Shown here: positions 40,952-50,384 of the stretch, piece after piece
Layout of the letters: each line of letters starts with the position of its first letter
Numbering within the stretch: the first letter of the stretch is position 1
Source of the DNA: Lysobacterales bacterium
GTDB lineage: Bacteria > Pseudomonadota > Gammaproteobacteria > Xanthomonadales > SZUA-5
Assembly: GCA_022844165.1 (NCBI GenBank)
Contig: JALHMH010000003.1
Span: 96,001 to 160,000 of the forward strand
Direction: 5' to 3'
Length of the DNA: 64,000 bases
Position numbers and translations under genes: made by a program
Notes under the pieces: generated by a model
Seen by the model: the letters and a program-made list of their open reading frames with translations, nothing else
Told to the model about the DNA's origin: nothing
Databases searched by the model: none

Positions 40952-41740
40952 CTATCGCGCTTCCAATCGTTGCACAGCGGCACGCAGCGCACGAATCTCG
41001 TTGAGCAGTTCGACGCGTTCGGCGTGGGCGACGGCCTCATCTTTGTCTGCCTCAGCCTTCAGATCCTCGGCCACGTGCTCCTGCATGGCGTTGACCACGA
41101 CCGCAATGAACAAGTTCAAAACAGTAAAGGTGCTGACGATCAAATAGCCGAGAAAAAACACCCAGGCCCAGGGTTTGACCACCATCAACTCGCGCGCGAT
41201 GTCCGCCCAGCCTTCCATGGTCATGATTTGGAACAGGGTGAAGGCGCTGCCCCCGAGAGATCCGAAAAATTCTGGCGACACGTCACGAAAGAGCTTTGTG
41301 GCCATGACCGAGGCCACATACAGCACCAGCACCAGCAATGCCATGATCGATGCAAGTCCTGGCAGTGCGCCCAACAGTGCAGCAACGACGCGCCGCATGC
41401 TGGGTACGATCGACACCAGACGCAGCACCCGCAGTATGCGCATCGCCCGGAGCACAGAGAACGCGCCGCTGGCCGGCATCAATGCAACCGATACAATTGC
41501 AAGATCGAACACATTCCACGGATCGCGAAAGAACTTCAGGCGATACACCACAAGCTTCAGCGCGATCTCGACAGTGAAGATGGCGAGCGCCGCGGTGTCG
41601 AGTACATGCAGCCAATGGCCGAAGCCGGCCATCATGCCGGGCGATGTTTCCATGCCCAGGGTGATGGCATTGATCACGATGACAGCGATGATGAATTGGG
41701 AAAAGCGGCGGTGTTCGATGAATTGCTGCAGAGCGTGCAT
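40952..41740 (-). CDS. Prokaryotic voltage-gated cation channel (BacNav-like, 6TM)
   Basis: WNVFD, S4 LRAMRILRVLRLV, pore FQIMTMEGWAD, S6 LNLFIAVVV, C-terminal coiled coil; start could be the TTG at 41824. Confidence 0.92.
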   Translation of the reverse strand: MHALQQFIEHRRFSQFIIAVIVINAITLGMETSPGMMAGFGHWLHVLDTAALAIFTVEIALKLVVYRLKFFRDPWNVFDLAIVSVALMPASGAFSVLRAMRILRVLRLVSIVPSMRRVVAALLGALPGLASIMALLVLVLYVASVMATKLFRDVSPEFFGSLGGSAFTLFQIMTMEGWADIARELMVVKPWAWVFFLGYLIVSTFTVLNLFIAVVVNAMQEHVAEDLKAEADKDEAVAHAERVELLNEIRALRAAVQRLEAR

Positions 41741-41820
41741 GGGCGTAAGACCAGGTTTTCTTGGTGCCGATATTAGCGAAGCCAGTTGCGATTCGAGCGA
41801 TAGCGCCGGATCGGTCGCGC

Positions 41821-42456
41821 TCAAGGTCGTCGCGCGACCACCCAGACCTCAACCCAACTCGCCCCGGCCGCTTTGCAGATTTTGGCGGCCTCATTGAGTG
41901 TCGCACCGGTGGTCATGACATCGTCAACCAGTGCGATGCGCGGCGGCAGGTGCTGCACGACAGCGAAAGCGCCACGAACGTTGCGTCGACGTTCGTCCTT
42001 GTCCAAGCCGGACTGCGCTGCAGTGGCGCGCTGCCGCGCCAGCGCGTGTAACACCGGGCGTCCGCCACAAACCGCCTGCGCCAACAAGAGCGACTGGTTA
42101 AAGCCACGTTGGCGCAGGCGCGAACGATGCAAGGGAATCGGAATCAGCGCATCCACTTTCCGCTCTGCTGTCATCATCTTGAGTTGCCCGGCCGCAACCA
42201 CACCCAACGCGAGACGCTGGTTGAACTTAAAATCCTGCAACAGCAGATCAGCGGGCGGCTCGTAACGCAGTGCCGCCAACGCCGCATCAAACGTGGGTGG
42301 TTTGCGCTGACACTCGCCGCAGAGATCGACGGGCGCCCGCATTGGGATCGCGCAACGGGCGCACGCCGGACCCAGGCCGGGCAGGAGCGACATACAGCGT
42401 TCGCACAACCGCGCATCGCTTGCCTCACCACAAAGGCCACATTGTTGCGTCAGCAT
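41821..42456 (-). CDS. ComF-family protein (double zinc ribbon + PRTase)
   Basis: CxxC pairs, IPLH..RLRQRGFNQS, LVDDVMTTGAT. Confidence 0.92.
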   Translation of the reverse strand: MLTQQCGLCGEASDARLCERCMSLLPGLGPACARCAIPMRAPVDLCGECQRKPPTFDAALAALRYEPPADLLLQDFKFNQRLALGVVAAGQLKMMTAERKVDALIPIPLHRSRLRQRGFNQSLLLAQAVCGGRPVLHALARQRATAAQSGLDKDERRRNVRGAFAVVQHLPPRIALVDDVMTTGATLNEAAKICKAAGASWVEVWVVARRP

Positions 42457-42760
42457 CGTTCAGCCCCGGGCAGTATCATTCAGAAGCTCAAGGTCGGCCC
42501 TGTGCCCATTAGACGACAAAGAACGCCCTGACCGGCATCGCGGCTCAAGGTTAGCTCAGTATGTTGGAACAGGCCGACTCGACGTCAGCTCACTCAATTT
42601 GCCTTTTGCTGCGTTGTTTCGTGTCACCTGGTGCGCCTCATCGGCGTTAGGGGTGACATGGAATACTTGCTGTGGGCCGATCGTGTGCCATAGGTCGACC
42701 GCCGCGAATCGGAATGACTAACGAATGCCGGGGCTTAGGCTGCGTCGGGGGAAAGATGCG

Positions 42761-45550
42761 ATGAAGTTTTGGATTGGCGTGTTGTGGCTCGCGGTCGGGA
42801 CGACAGTCGCTGCGGCGCCGGGTCGATGGAGCAGCCAGGGGCCGTATGGTGGCCGCGTCGATAGTGCGATCGCCAACCCGCTGCAACCGGGCACGTTGTA
42901 CGCGACTTCGCATCGCAGCGTTTATCGCTCGAGCAACGGCGGCTCGACCTGGGTGTTTGCAGGTACAGGCTTGAATACCGTGAGCGACGGCGAAGCGATC
43001 GTTGTTGCGCACCCGACGATTCCCGGCCGATTGATGCTCGCCGGCGCCCGCGGCGTATTTCGCTCCGATGACAGTGGCCGCAACTGGCGCCGCAGTGATA
43101 CCGGGCTTCCTGTCGGTAACGCATCGTTTCGCAGCGTCGATATCGCCTATGTGCCCCAAGACGGCGAGAAGCTGTATCTGGCAACTCGCAGCGACGGTCT
43201 GTATCGCAGCAGCGACAGCGGCCAGAGCTGGAGCGTTTCGACGGCCCCTATCCCGGCCAACCTGGATCGGGTTGCGGCCGATCCCAACAATCTCGGAACG
43301 GTTTTGGTCTGGGCCGCCAACCGCGACACCAGTTCTTTTCCGGCCAGTCTTTATCGCTCCATCGATTTTGGCGTCTCGTTTTCCGCTCTAACCGGCCCGT
43401 GGAATAGCGGCGGTCCGATCGAAAGCAAGCTGGAGTTGCTGGCCTTCAACGGCAACACCGCCAACAGCATTTTTCTGGCGGGCGAGTTCGGCAACTTTCG
43501 CTCGCTCAATGGCGTGTCTTTCTCGAGCCTGCCGGTCAGCTCCGCGACGCAACGGCTGCAGAGTATCGCTTTTGGCAGCGTTGCGGGCCAGGCGATCTTC
43601 GGCACCAGCGAAGGCGTGCTGTCGACAACCAACAATGGCAGCAGCTTTACACCGCGCAATACCGGATTGAGCATCAACGGCACGGATCCGGTGTCGGTCG
43701 GCCCCATGGTGATCGATCCGACAAATCCAGCTCGTTGGCTCGCGTTTTCCGTTTCCGGCGATATTTTTGTGACCACCAACAGCGGCACCAGTTGGTCGCC
43801 CACCAATTTCGGCCTTCGTGGCACCGATATCGAATCGCTGGCGGTTCAACCGGGGCGACCGCAGCGCGTGCTGGCGGGTGTGCGTAATGAGCGCAGCGAA
43901 GCGACCTCGCCAGCGCTTTTTCAATCGGACGATTTTGGCGCAACCTGGGCGCGAACCAACACCAACCTGGTGCTCGATACCATCAATGGCCTCACCTACG
44001 ATCCGGTGAATCTGACGATGCCTGCCAACATGCGCGTTTACGCGGTGGGCGCCGATTTTGCGCCGTTAGGTCAGGCGTCAAATACCTACCGGGGCGGCGT
44101 TTTTGTCAGTACCAACTCGGGCCTGAACTGGGCTCCGGCCGACACGCTGGTGCCGACACTTTCAGGAGGCCCCAGTCAATTGGGCGAAGTGCATCAGTTG
44201 ATCGTCGATCCGACGGAGATCTCGGCTCAAGTCGCACAAAATCTGTACTTTGTGAACGATGGACGCATCACTTGTGGTCCAACGCCGAGTCTCGCCGTGG
44301 CGCGCGTCTGGCGCAGCGTCAATGGCGCAACGTCCTGGACGCCGATCGACAATCTGCCACTGGGCGTTTGCACGCCGCGCCAGCAATTTCCCAGGCCGTT
44401 TCACATCGTCTTCGGCCCGGTTTCGACCGCGAATGTTTTTGTCGGCACTCGCGTCGTCGGCTATGACCCCGGTAATCACCCGCTGCCCACCGTGCCAAAC
44501 GGCGTGTTTCGTACGAGCAACAATGGATCGACATGGACCGCCGCCAACAACGGCTTGCCGCGTATCGGTGGCGGCACTGGTAGCGTTTGGAACGTGACCG
44601 CGCTGCTGTCCGTGCCGGGTACCAATACGCTGTTTGTTGCGTTGCAAGACCCCAGTAGCGAAGCGATTCCAGGTCGCGTGTACAAATCGACGGACGGCGG
44701 CGACAACTGGATCCGCAGCGATTCGGGCATCGTCGGCAACGTCGTGCGTTCGTTGCGCGCCGATCCGATCGCGCCGATGAGAGTCTTTGCGGCCGCCACT
44801 GGTGTCGACACCAGCCCGGGCGGGGTATACGTCAGCGAAAATAGTGGCAGCTCATGGCTCTCGGTATCGATCGGTATGCCTGTCGACTCGGCAGCCGAAG
44901 TTGCGATATCGCGTCCGCCGTCTCCGGCGTCCCCGACGATCCATGCCGGCACCGCAGAGGGCGTTTTCAGCCTGACACGACTTCCAGACGACGACCAGGA
45001 CGGGCCGAGCGACAGTGACGAAGATTTGGCGCCGAACGCCGGCGATGGCAACAACGACGGAATATTGGATCGGCTGCAGCGCGATGTCGCGAGCATCGTT
45101 GAACCGACCCTTCTCCGTGGTGGCAAAGCGCGGGAAGGCACGCTGAGCGATATCGAACTGTTGCGAGGCGGCGGCAATTGCGACCAGTTGGTCGACGCGC
45201 ACTTCGTCGATGCCGAGGAGTTACCGACCGACTCGCAGTTTGTGTCGTATCCGCTGGCCGTTCGCTTCGAACAGGTCGATTGCGAGGCGGCTCAAATGCA
45301 ATTGATCCTGCACAATCAGGATTTGTCGGATGGACAATGGGTGTTGCGCAGGTATGGCCCAGTCAGTGTCGGCGACCCTCTGACTTTGCAGTGGCAAACC
45401 GTGTCTGGCGCGGTATTTGCGAGCAACCGCGTGGTATTCCCCCTGTTCGACAACGGCCCGGGCGATTTGCGCAGCGAGCCAGGGCGAACCTTGTACATTG
45501 TCGCCCCTGCCAGACGGAGTCTTTTTGCCGACGGTTTTGAGAGCCCGTAA
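42761..45550 (+). CDS. Secreted BNR/VPS10-like beta-propeller protein with Asp-rich segment, choice-of-anchor-type domain and FADGFE tail
   Basis: Signal peptide; many Asp-box repeats (YRSSNGGSTW, FRSDDSGRNW, YKSTDGGDNW); DGNNDGILD; ends SLFADGFESP. Confidence 0.8.
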   Translation: MKFWIGVLWLAVGTTVAAAPGRWSSQGPYGGRVDSAIANPLQPGTLYATSHRSVYRSSNGGSTWVFAGTGLNTVSDGEAIVVAHPTIPGRLMLAGARGVFRSDDSGRNWRRSDTGLPVGNASFRSVDIAYVPQDGEKLYLATRSDGLYRSSDSGQSWSVSTAPIPANLDRVAADPNNLGTVLVWAANRDTSSFPASLYRSIDFGVSFSALTGPWNSGGPIESKLELLAFNGNTANSIFLAGEFGNFRSLNGVSFSSLPVSSATQRLQSIAFGSVAGQAIFGTSEGVLSTTNNGSSFTPRNTGLSINGTDPVSVGPMVIDPTNPARWLAFSVSGDIFVTTNSGTSWSPTNFGLRGTDIESLAVQPGRPQRVLAGVRNERSEATSPALFQSDDFGATWARTNTNLVLDTINGLTYDPVNLTMPANMRVYAVGADFAPLGQASNTYRGGVFVSTNSGLNWAPADTLVPTLSGGPSQLGEVHQLIVDPTEISAQVAQNLYFVNDGRITCGPTPSLAVARVWRSVNGATSWTPIDNLPLGVCTPRQQFPRPFHIVFGPVSTANVFVGTRVVGYDPGNHPLPTVPNGVFRTSNNGSTWTAANNGLPRIGGGTGSVWNVTALLSVPGTNTLFVALQDPSSEAIPGRVYKSTDGGDNWIRSDSGIVGNVVRSLRADPIAPMRVFAAATGVDTSPGGVYVSENSGSSWLSVSIGMPVDSAAEVAISRPPSPASPTIHAGTAEGVFSLTRLPDDDQDGPSDSDEDLAPNAGDGNNDGILDRLQRDVASIVEPTLLRGGKAREGTLSDIELLRGGGNCDQLVDAHFVDAEELPTDSQFVSYPLAVRFEQVDCEAAQMQLILHNQDLSDGQWVLRRYGPVSVGDPLTLQWQTVSGAVFASNRVVFPLFDNGPGDLRSEPGRTLYIVAPARRSLFADGFESP

Positions 45551-45618
45551 CCCAGAAGCGACCGCATTTCGAGCACTGCGGGCTGGTCGAAATCGGCGAC
45601 GAGGCGTAGCGTTCGCGT

Positions 45619-48330
45619 ATGAGCGAACGCCCAACCTTATCCTCTGTCACCTCAATCCAGCCGATGGATCCACCATCGCGGATCGCGCCGGTCAGCGGCT
45701 CCAATTCTGGCGGTGGCGGGCCGTCGGCCTGGATCGGCCGTGAGATCGATGGCTACCGAATTGTCCGCGCTATCGGCGCGGGCGGCATGGGTGTGGTGTT
45801 TTTGGCCCAGCAGCAGCATCCAAAGCGTCATGTTGCGATCAAGACCTTGCATGCGGGCTTCCACCAGGCCGAGCTGCTGGCGCGTTTCCAGCAGGAGGCC
45901 GAAATTCTGGCGCGCTTTACGCACGTTGGTATTGCGCAAATCTATGCCAGCGGCTGTACCAATGAAGCGATGGGGAGCGTGCCCTACATCGTCATGGAAT
46001 ATGTCGAGGGCGTGCCGCTGCTGGAGGCCTGCGCTGCGCTGGATATGCGCGAACGGCTGAATTTGCTGCGGCGAGTCTGCGAGGCGGTCGAACATGCGCA
46101 TATTCGCGGCGTTATCCATCGCGATCTGAAACCCGGCAACATCTTGGTGCAATCCGACGGCCAGCCGAAGGTGCTCGACTTCGGCGTCGCTCGCCTTTCC
46201 GGCAATGAAGAGCGTGGCGGTAGCGACCTGACCACCGCCGGCATGGTGATTGGCACGATCGCCTACATGAGCCCCGAGCAAGCGATGGGCGAACCGGGCG
46301 CTGTGGATATCCGCACCGATGTGTATGCGCTCGGCATGATCGGCTATCGCATGCTGACCGGCGATTTGCCGTACGAGGTCACGGGACACAATATCGGCCA
46401 CGCCCTGCAACAAATTTGCGACGTCGCGCCAACGCCGTTGTCCCGTTACGACCGTCGATACGCTGGCGACCTGGAGACGATTTTTCAAAAAGCGCTGGCG
46501 AAAGAGAAAGACAACCGTTATCGCAACGCCGCTGAGCTCAGCGAAGACTTGCGACGCTACCTCGATGATGAGGCGATTTTGGCGCGACGGGCCAGCGTAT
46601 TCGCCGACGTACGGCGCTTTGCGCGTCGCAATCGAGCCTTGTTTGCGGCCGGGATCTTTGCGTTCGTGGCGTTGCTGTCGGCGGTCGCCATCAGCACGCG
46701 ATTTGCGATCCGCGAACAGGCGCAACGCATCGAGGCCGATACCGTCGTGAGCTTCTTGCGCCGAATGCTGTCCAGTGCCAATCCGGTGTTTGCGCAAGGA
46801 CGCGACGTCACGATCCGCGAGGCGATGGATGCTGCCGCGCCTGATCTGGAGTCGCAATTGGCGCAGGTGCCGGCCGCGCGCGGGCGGCTGCGCGCAACGT
46901 TGGCGGATACCTATCATGCCCTCGGCGATCTGCCGCGAGCGATCACCTTCTACGATGCAGCAGCAAGCGACTTCACGGCCGCTGGAATCGATGGCCCTGA
47001 GCATCGGCAAACGATCTTGGGCAAGGTCGAAGTCTTGCTCGACCGTGGCCAGGCGCTCAACGCCCAAATCTTGCTTGATGCATTAGAACCTTTGCGCACC
47101 GTTCCAACCAGTAGCCTGGACGCCAGAACTGCGATTTTCCGGGCAAGAACGCGAGAGGATTTCGGCGACATCGATGCCGCATTGGGCGAACTCGCGGCGT
47201 TGCGTAACGTTGATCTGTCGAAGCTCTCTTGCGAGGACTGTCGACCCGATTGGCGCGCAGCGCTCGATGTCGAAGCGCGCATCATTTCGGCGTCGCTGCT
47301 TCGCCAGAATGAGCAGTTCGACGAAGCCTTGGATATCGCGCAGGCCGCATTTAGCCTCGCAAATGAAACGCTCGGTCCATCTCATCCGATGGCGCTGAAA
47401 GCGGCCATCGAACTGGCGAACTCATTGGACGACAGTGGTCAGCGCGATCAAGCGCTGGCCGTTGCCGAAACCGCAGTTCAAGAACGTCGACGCCTGCTCG
47501 GCGCTACGCACTACCAGACATTGACAGCGCTCAACAACCTGGCGCAAATTCACGAGTCGGTTGGCGATGGCGCGACGGCGAAGCGTCTACTGGTCGAAGC
47601 GCACGAGTTGGCCGAGGCGCAGCTGCAAGACCACGAACTGTGGGCACAGATCACGCATAACCTGGGCCGCATCGAATACCTGGCAGGAAACATCGACCGC
47701 GCGCAGGCGTTGTTGAACGACGCTTATCGTTGGCGACAAAACAAGCTCGGGTTAAGTCACCCGGACACGCTGAACAGCGCCTTGGCTTTGAGCGTGGTGT
47801 ACTCGACACGCAATGAGTACGACAAAGCACTGCCTCTGCGCGAGTCCGCGATTCGCGGGTACGAAGCGCGTTTTGGAACGGAACATCGGGACACGTTGGC
47901 GGCGCGATCCGAGTACGCAGCGCTGCTGCGCAATATGGGCAACTTCGACGCGGCGGACGCCGAGTTCAAATCTGTACTGAGCGCGACGGAACGACTTTTC
48001 AAGCCCGGCGACAGCGAACGAATGCGCGTCCTCTACCAGTATGCCGGCTCGCTGCAGCGCCAGGAGAAATGGCGCGAGGCCGAGAGACTAAGTCGTCAGT
48101 TGATGGACGAAGCAGCGCTCACGGCCGATACCGACGCGCAGCACGCGTTGTTGGCGCCTCTACGCCACGCTCGCTCGCTCATGGGCCTGCGACGCTACGA
48201 CGAGGCTGAGTTTTTGCTGGAGAACCTGGAGAAACAGCTTGGCGCCGAGCATCAGGTGCAAATGCGCGAGATGACCAGCCAGACCCTGGCCGAATTGCGC
48301 GCCGCGCGCGCCGCGCGTGCCGCACAGTGA
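45619..48330 (+). CDS. Hanks-type Ser/Thr protein kinase with TM helix and TPR repeats
   Basis: IGAGGMGVV, VAIK, HRDLKPGN, DFG, YMSPEQ; TPR repeats LGxxHP.TL. Confidence 0.93.
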   Translation: MSERPTLSSVTSIQPMDPPSRIAPVSGSNSGGGGPSAWIGREIDGYRIVRAIGAGGMGVVFLAQQQHPKRHVAIKTLHAGFHQAELLARFQQEAEILARFTHVGIAQIYASGCTNEAMGSVPYIVMEYVEGVPLLEACAALDMRERLNLLRRVCEAVEHAHIRGVIHRDLKPGNILVQSDGQPKVLDFGVARLSGNEERGGSDLTTAGMVIGTIAYMSPEQAMGEPGAVDIRTDVYALGMIGYRMLTGDLPYEVTGHNIGHALQQICDVAPTPLSRYDRRYAGDLETIFQKALAKEKDNRYRNAAELSEDLRRYLDDEAILARRASVFADVRRFARRNRALFAAGIFAFVALLSAVAISTRFAIREQAQRIEADTVVSFLRRMLSSANPVFAQGRDVTIREAMDAAAPDLESQLAQVPAARGRLRATLADTYHALGDLPRAITFYDAAASDFTAAGIDGPEHRQTILGKVEVLLDRGQALNAQILLDALEPLRTVPTSSLDARTAIFRARTREDFGDIDAALGELAALRNVDLSKLSCEDCRPDWRAALDVEARIISASLLRQNEQFDEALDIAQAAFSLANETLGPSHPMALKAAIELANSLDDSGQRDQALAVAETAVQERRRLLGATHYQTLTALNNLAQIHESVGDGATAKRLLVEAHELAEAQLQDHELWAQITHNLGRIEYLAGNIDRAQALLNDAYRWRQNKLGLSHPDTLNSALALSVVYSTRNEYDKALPLRESAIRGYEARFGTEHRDTLAARSEYAALLRNMGNFDAADAEFKSVLSATERLFKPGDSERMRVLYQYAGSLQRQEKWREAERLSRQLMDEAALTADTDAQHALLAPLRHARSLMGLRRYDEAEFLLENLEKQLGAEHQVQMREMTSQTLAELRAARAARAAQ

Positions 48331-49268
48331 GCGATCATCCGTTTGCGGCCCTGACGCCAGACGTTGTGCTCGATGCCGCAGAGCGGCTTGGCGTTCACTG
48401 CGATGGTCGGTTGCTGGAGCTCAACAGCTTCGAAAACCGAGTGTTTCGGGTCGGCGTGGAGAACGGCTCGCCATTGATCGTCAAATTCTACCGGCCGCAG
48501 CGCTTCACAAGCGATGCGATCCACGAAGAACATGCGTTCTTGCGCGAACTGGCCGACGCTGAGCTGCCTGTTGCCCCGGCGCTCGGTTCGCCGAGCCTGC
48601 TACCGGTCGATGCCGCAGGCGTTGCTTTCATGGCTGCGCTGTTCCCATGCCTGCCAGGTCGCAGCGCCGACCTGGAATCGGCGGACAATCTGGCCTGGCT
48701 CGGTCGCTTGATCGCGCGTATGCACATCGTCGGCGCTCGATCGCGCTTTGAGCATCGGGCGACGTTGACACCTGCGCTCGCTCGCACGGCGCTCGATGCG
48801 GTGATCGGCGGCTTACTGTTGCCGGAGCATTTGGGCTCACGCGCTCGCGAGTACGGTTCGCAGCTCACGTCGCGCATCGAAAAACTCTGGGCCGATGCTG
48901 GTTCCTGCGCCAGGCTGCGGTTGCACGGCGATTTACATCGCGGCAACTTGTTGTGGAACGAGGGTCCGTTGCTCGTCGACTTCGACGACGCAGTAAACGG
49001 ACCTGCGGTGCAAGACCTGTGGATGCTGCTTCCCGTCGACGATGAAAGCGCCCTTGAGGCACTGCTCGAAGGCTACGAGACGTTCCGACCCTTCGACCGC
49101 AGCGAGTTGGCGCTCATCCCGGCGCTGCGCGCGATCCGTCGCCTGCATTTCGCCGGTTGGCTGTCGCAGCGATACGCCGATCCGGCTTTTCCCCGAGCCT
49201 TTCCGTACGCCGCAGGCGCACGCTTCTGGGAGGAGGAAGTGAACGACTGGCGCGAACTGTGCTCTTGA
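48327..49268 (+). CDS. srkA: Stress response kinase SrkA/RdoA (APH-like)
   Basis: LNSFENRV, KFYRP, I.EEH.F, LHGDLHRGNLLW, DFDD, GPAVQDLWMLL. Confidence 0.88.
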   Translation: MSDHPFAALTPDVVLDAAERLGVHCDGRLLELNSFENRVFRVGVENGSPLIVKFYRPQRFTSDAIHEEHAFLRELADAELPVAPALGSPSLLPVDAAGVAFMAALFPCLPGRSADLESADNLAWLGRLIARMHIVGARSRFEHRATLTPALARTALDAVIGGLLLPEHLGSRAREYGSQLTSRIEKLWADAGSCARLRLHGDLHRGNLLWNEGPLLVDFDDAVNGPAVQDLWMLLPVDDESALEALLEGYETFRPFDRSELALIPALRAIRRLHFAGWLSQRYADPAFPRAFPYAAGARFWEEEVNDWRELCS

Positions 49269-49357
49269 ACCACGCCACGTTCACCATCAGAGGCCGACAT
49301 TGCCCTTCGCGCGGTTAGCCGCTATCACTGCACGACCCCCTTCTCGAGCATCGCCCC

Positions 49358-50338
49358 ATGAAACTTGCCTCCTTGAAACGCGGCGGCCGCGACGGCACGC
49401 TGATTGTCGTCAGTCGAGATCTGACACGCGCTGTTGTGGCCGACGCCATCGCCCCGAGTTTGCAAGCTGCGCTGGACGAGTGGCAGTACGCCGCGCCGCG
49501 ATTGAATGCACTCAGTGAGCAGTTGAATACGGGTCGCGTAGAGAATTCGTTCGCCGTCGATGTCGACGATCTTGCCGCGCCTTTGCCCCGCGCCTACGAA
49601 TTCGTCGACGGTAGCGCTTATCTGCCGCATGTCGAACGGGTGCGGCGCGCGCGGAATGCAGAGGTGCCGCAGAGTTTTTACGTCGACCCGCTGATGTACC
49701 AGGCGACCAGCGCGCAATTCATGGGTCCCAGCGATCCGGTGCGCGTGGTCAGCGAGGACTATGGCATCGATCTGGAGGCCGAAGTGGTGATCGTCACCGA
49801 CGATGTGCCGATGGCGATCAGCGCAAAGGCGGCGATGGACCATATTCAACTGATTGGCCTGGTGAACGACGTCAGTTTGCGCAATCTGATTCCCGACGAG
49901 CTGGCCAAGGGGTTTGGTTTTTTGCAATCCAAGCCACGCTCGGCGCTTTCGCCGGTATTGGCGACGCCCGATGAGCTGGGCGCCTATTGGCAACAGGGCA
50001 AACTGCACAGACGCCTGATCACGCACATCGACGGCGAACTATTTGGGCAACCAGATGCGGGCAGCGATATGCAGTTTGACTTCGCGCAACTGATTGCACA
50101 CGCCGCGAAAACCCGAAATCTCCTCGCCGGCACCATCGTCGGATCCGGTACGGTGGCCAACCAGGATGAGTCCGTGGGCGCATCCTGTCTTGCGGAGAAG
50201 CGGATGCTTGAAGTGATCGCCAGTGGCAAACCCACCACGCCGTTCTTGCGCTTCGGCCAACGCGTGCGCATCGAGATGTTCGACGATGCAGGCAGCAGCC
50301 TATTTGGCGCCATCGATCAGGAGATCGTGCGCTATTGA
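49358..50338 (+). CDS. Fumarylacetoacetate hydrolase family protein
   Basis: MKLASLK.GGRDG, DGSAY, IDLEAE, VNDVSLRNL, GFGFLQSKP. Confidence 0.92.
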   Translation: MKLASLKRGGRDGTLIVVSRDLTRAVVADAIAPSLQAALDEWQYAAPRLNALSEQLNTGRVENSFAVDVDDLAAPLPRAYEFVDGSAYLPHVERVRRARNAEVPQSFYVDPLMYQATSAQFMGPSDPVRVVSEDYGIDLEAEVVIVTDDVPMAISAKAAMDHIQLIGLVNDVSLRNLIPDELAKGFGFLQSKPRSALSPVLATPDELGAYWQQGKLHRRLITHIDGELFGQPDAGSDMQFDFAQLIAHAAKTRNLLAGTIVGSGTVANQDESVGASCLAEKRMLEVIASGKPTTPFLRFGQRVRIEMFDDAGSSLFGAIDQEIVRY

Positions 50339-50384
50339 TGGCTAAAAAGACCACGAACACCGAACGCGCTTTTTTGCGCGACGG

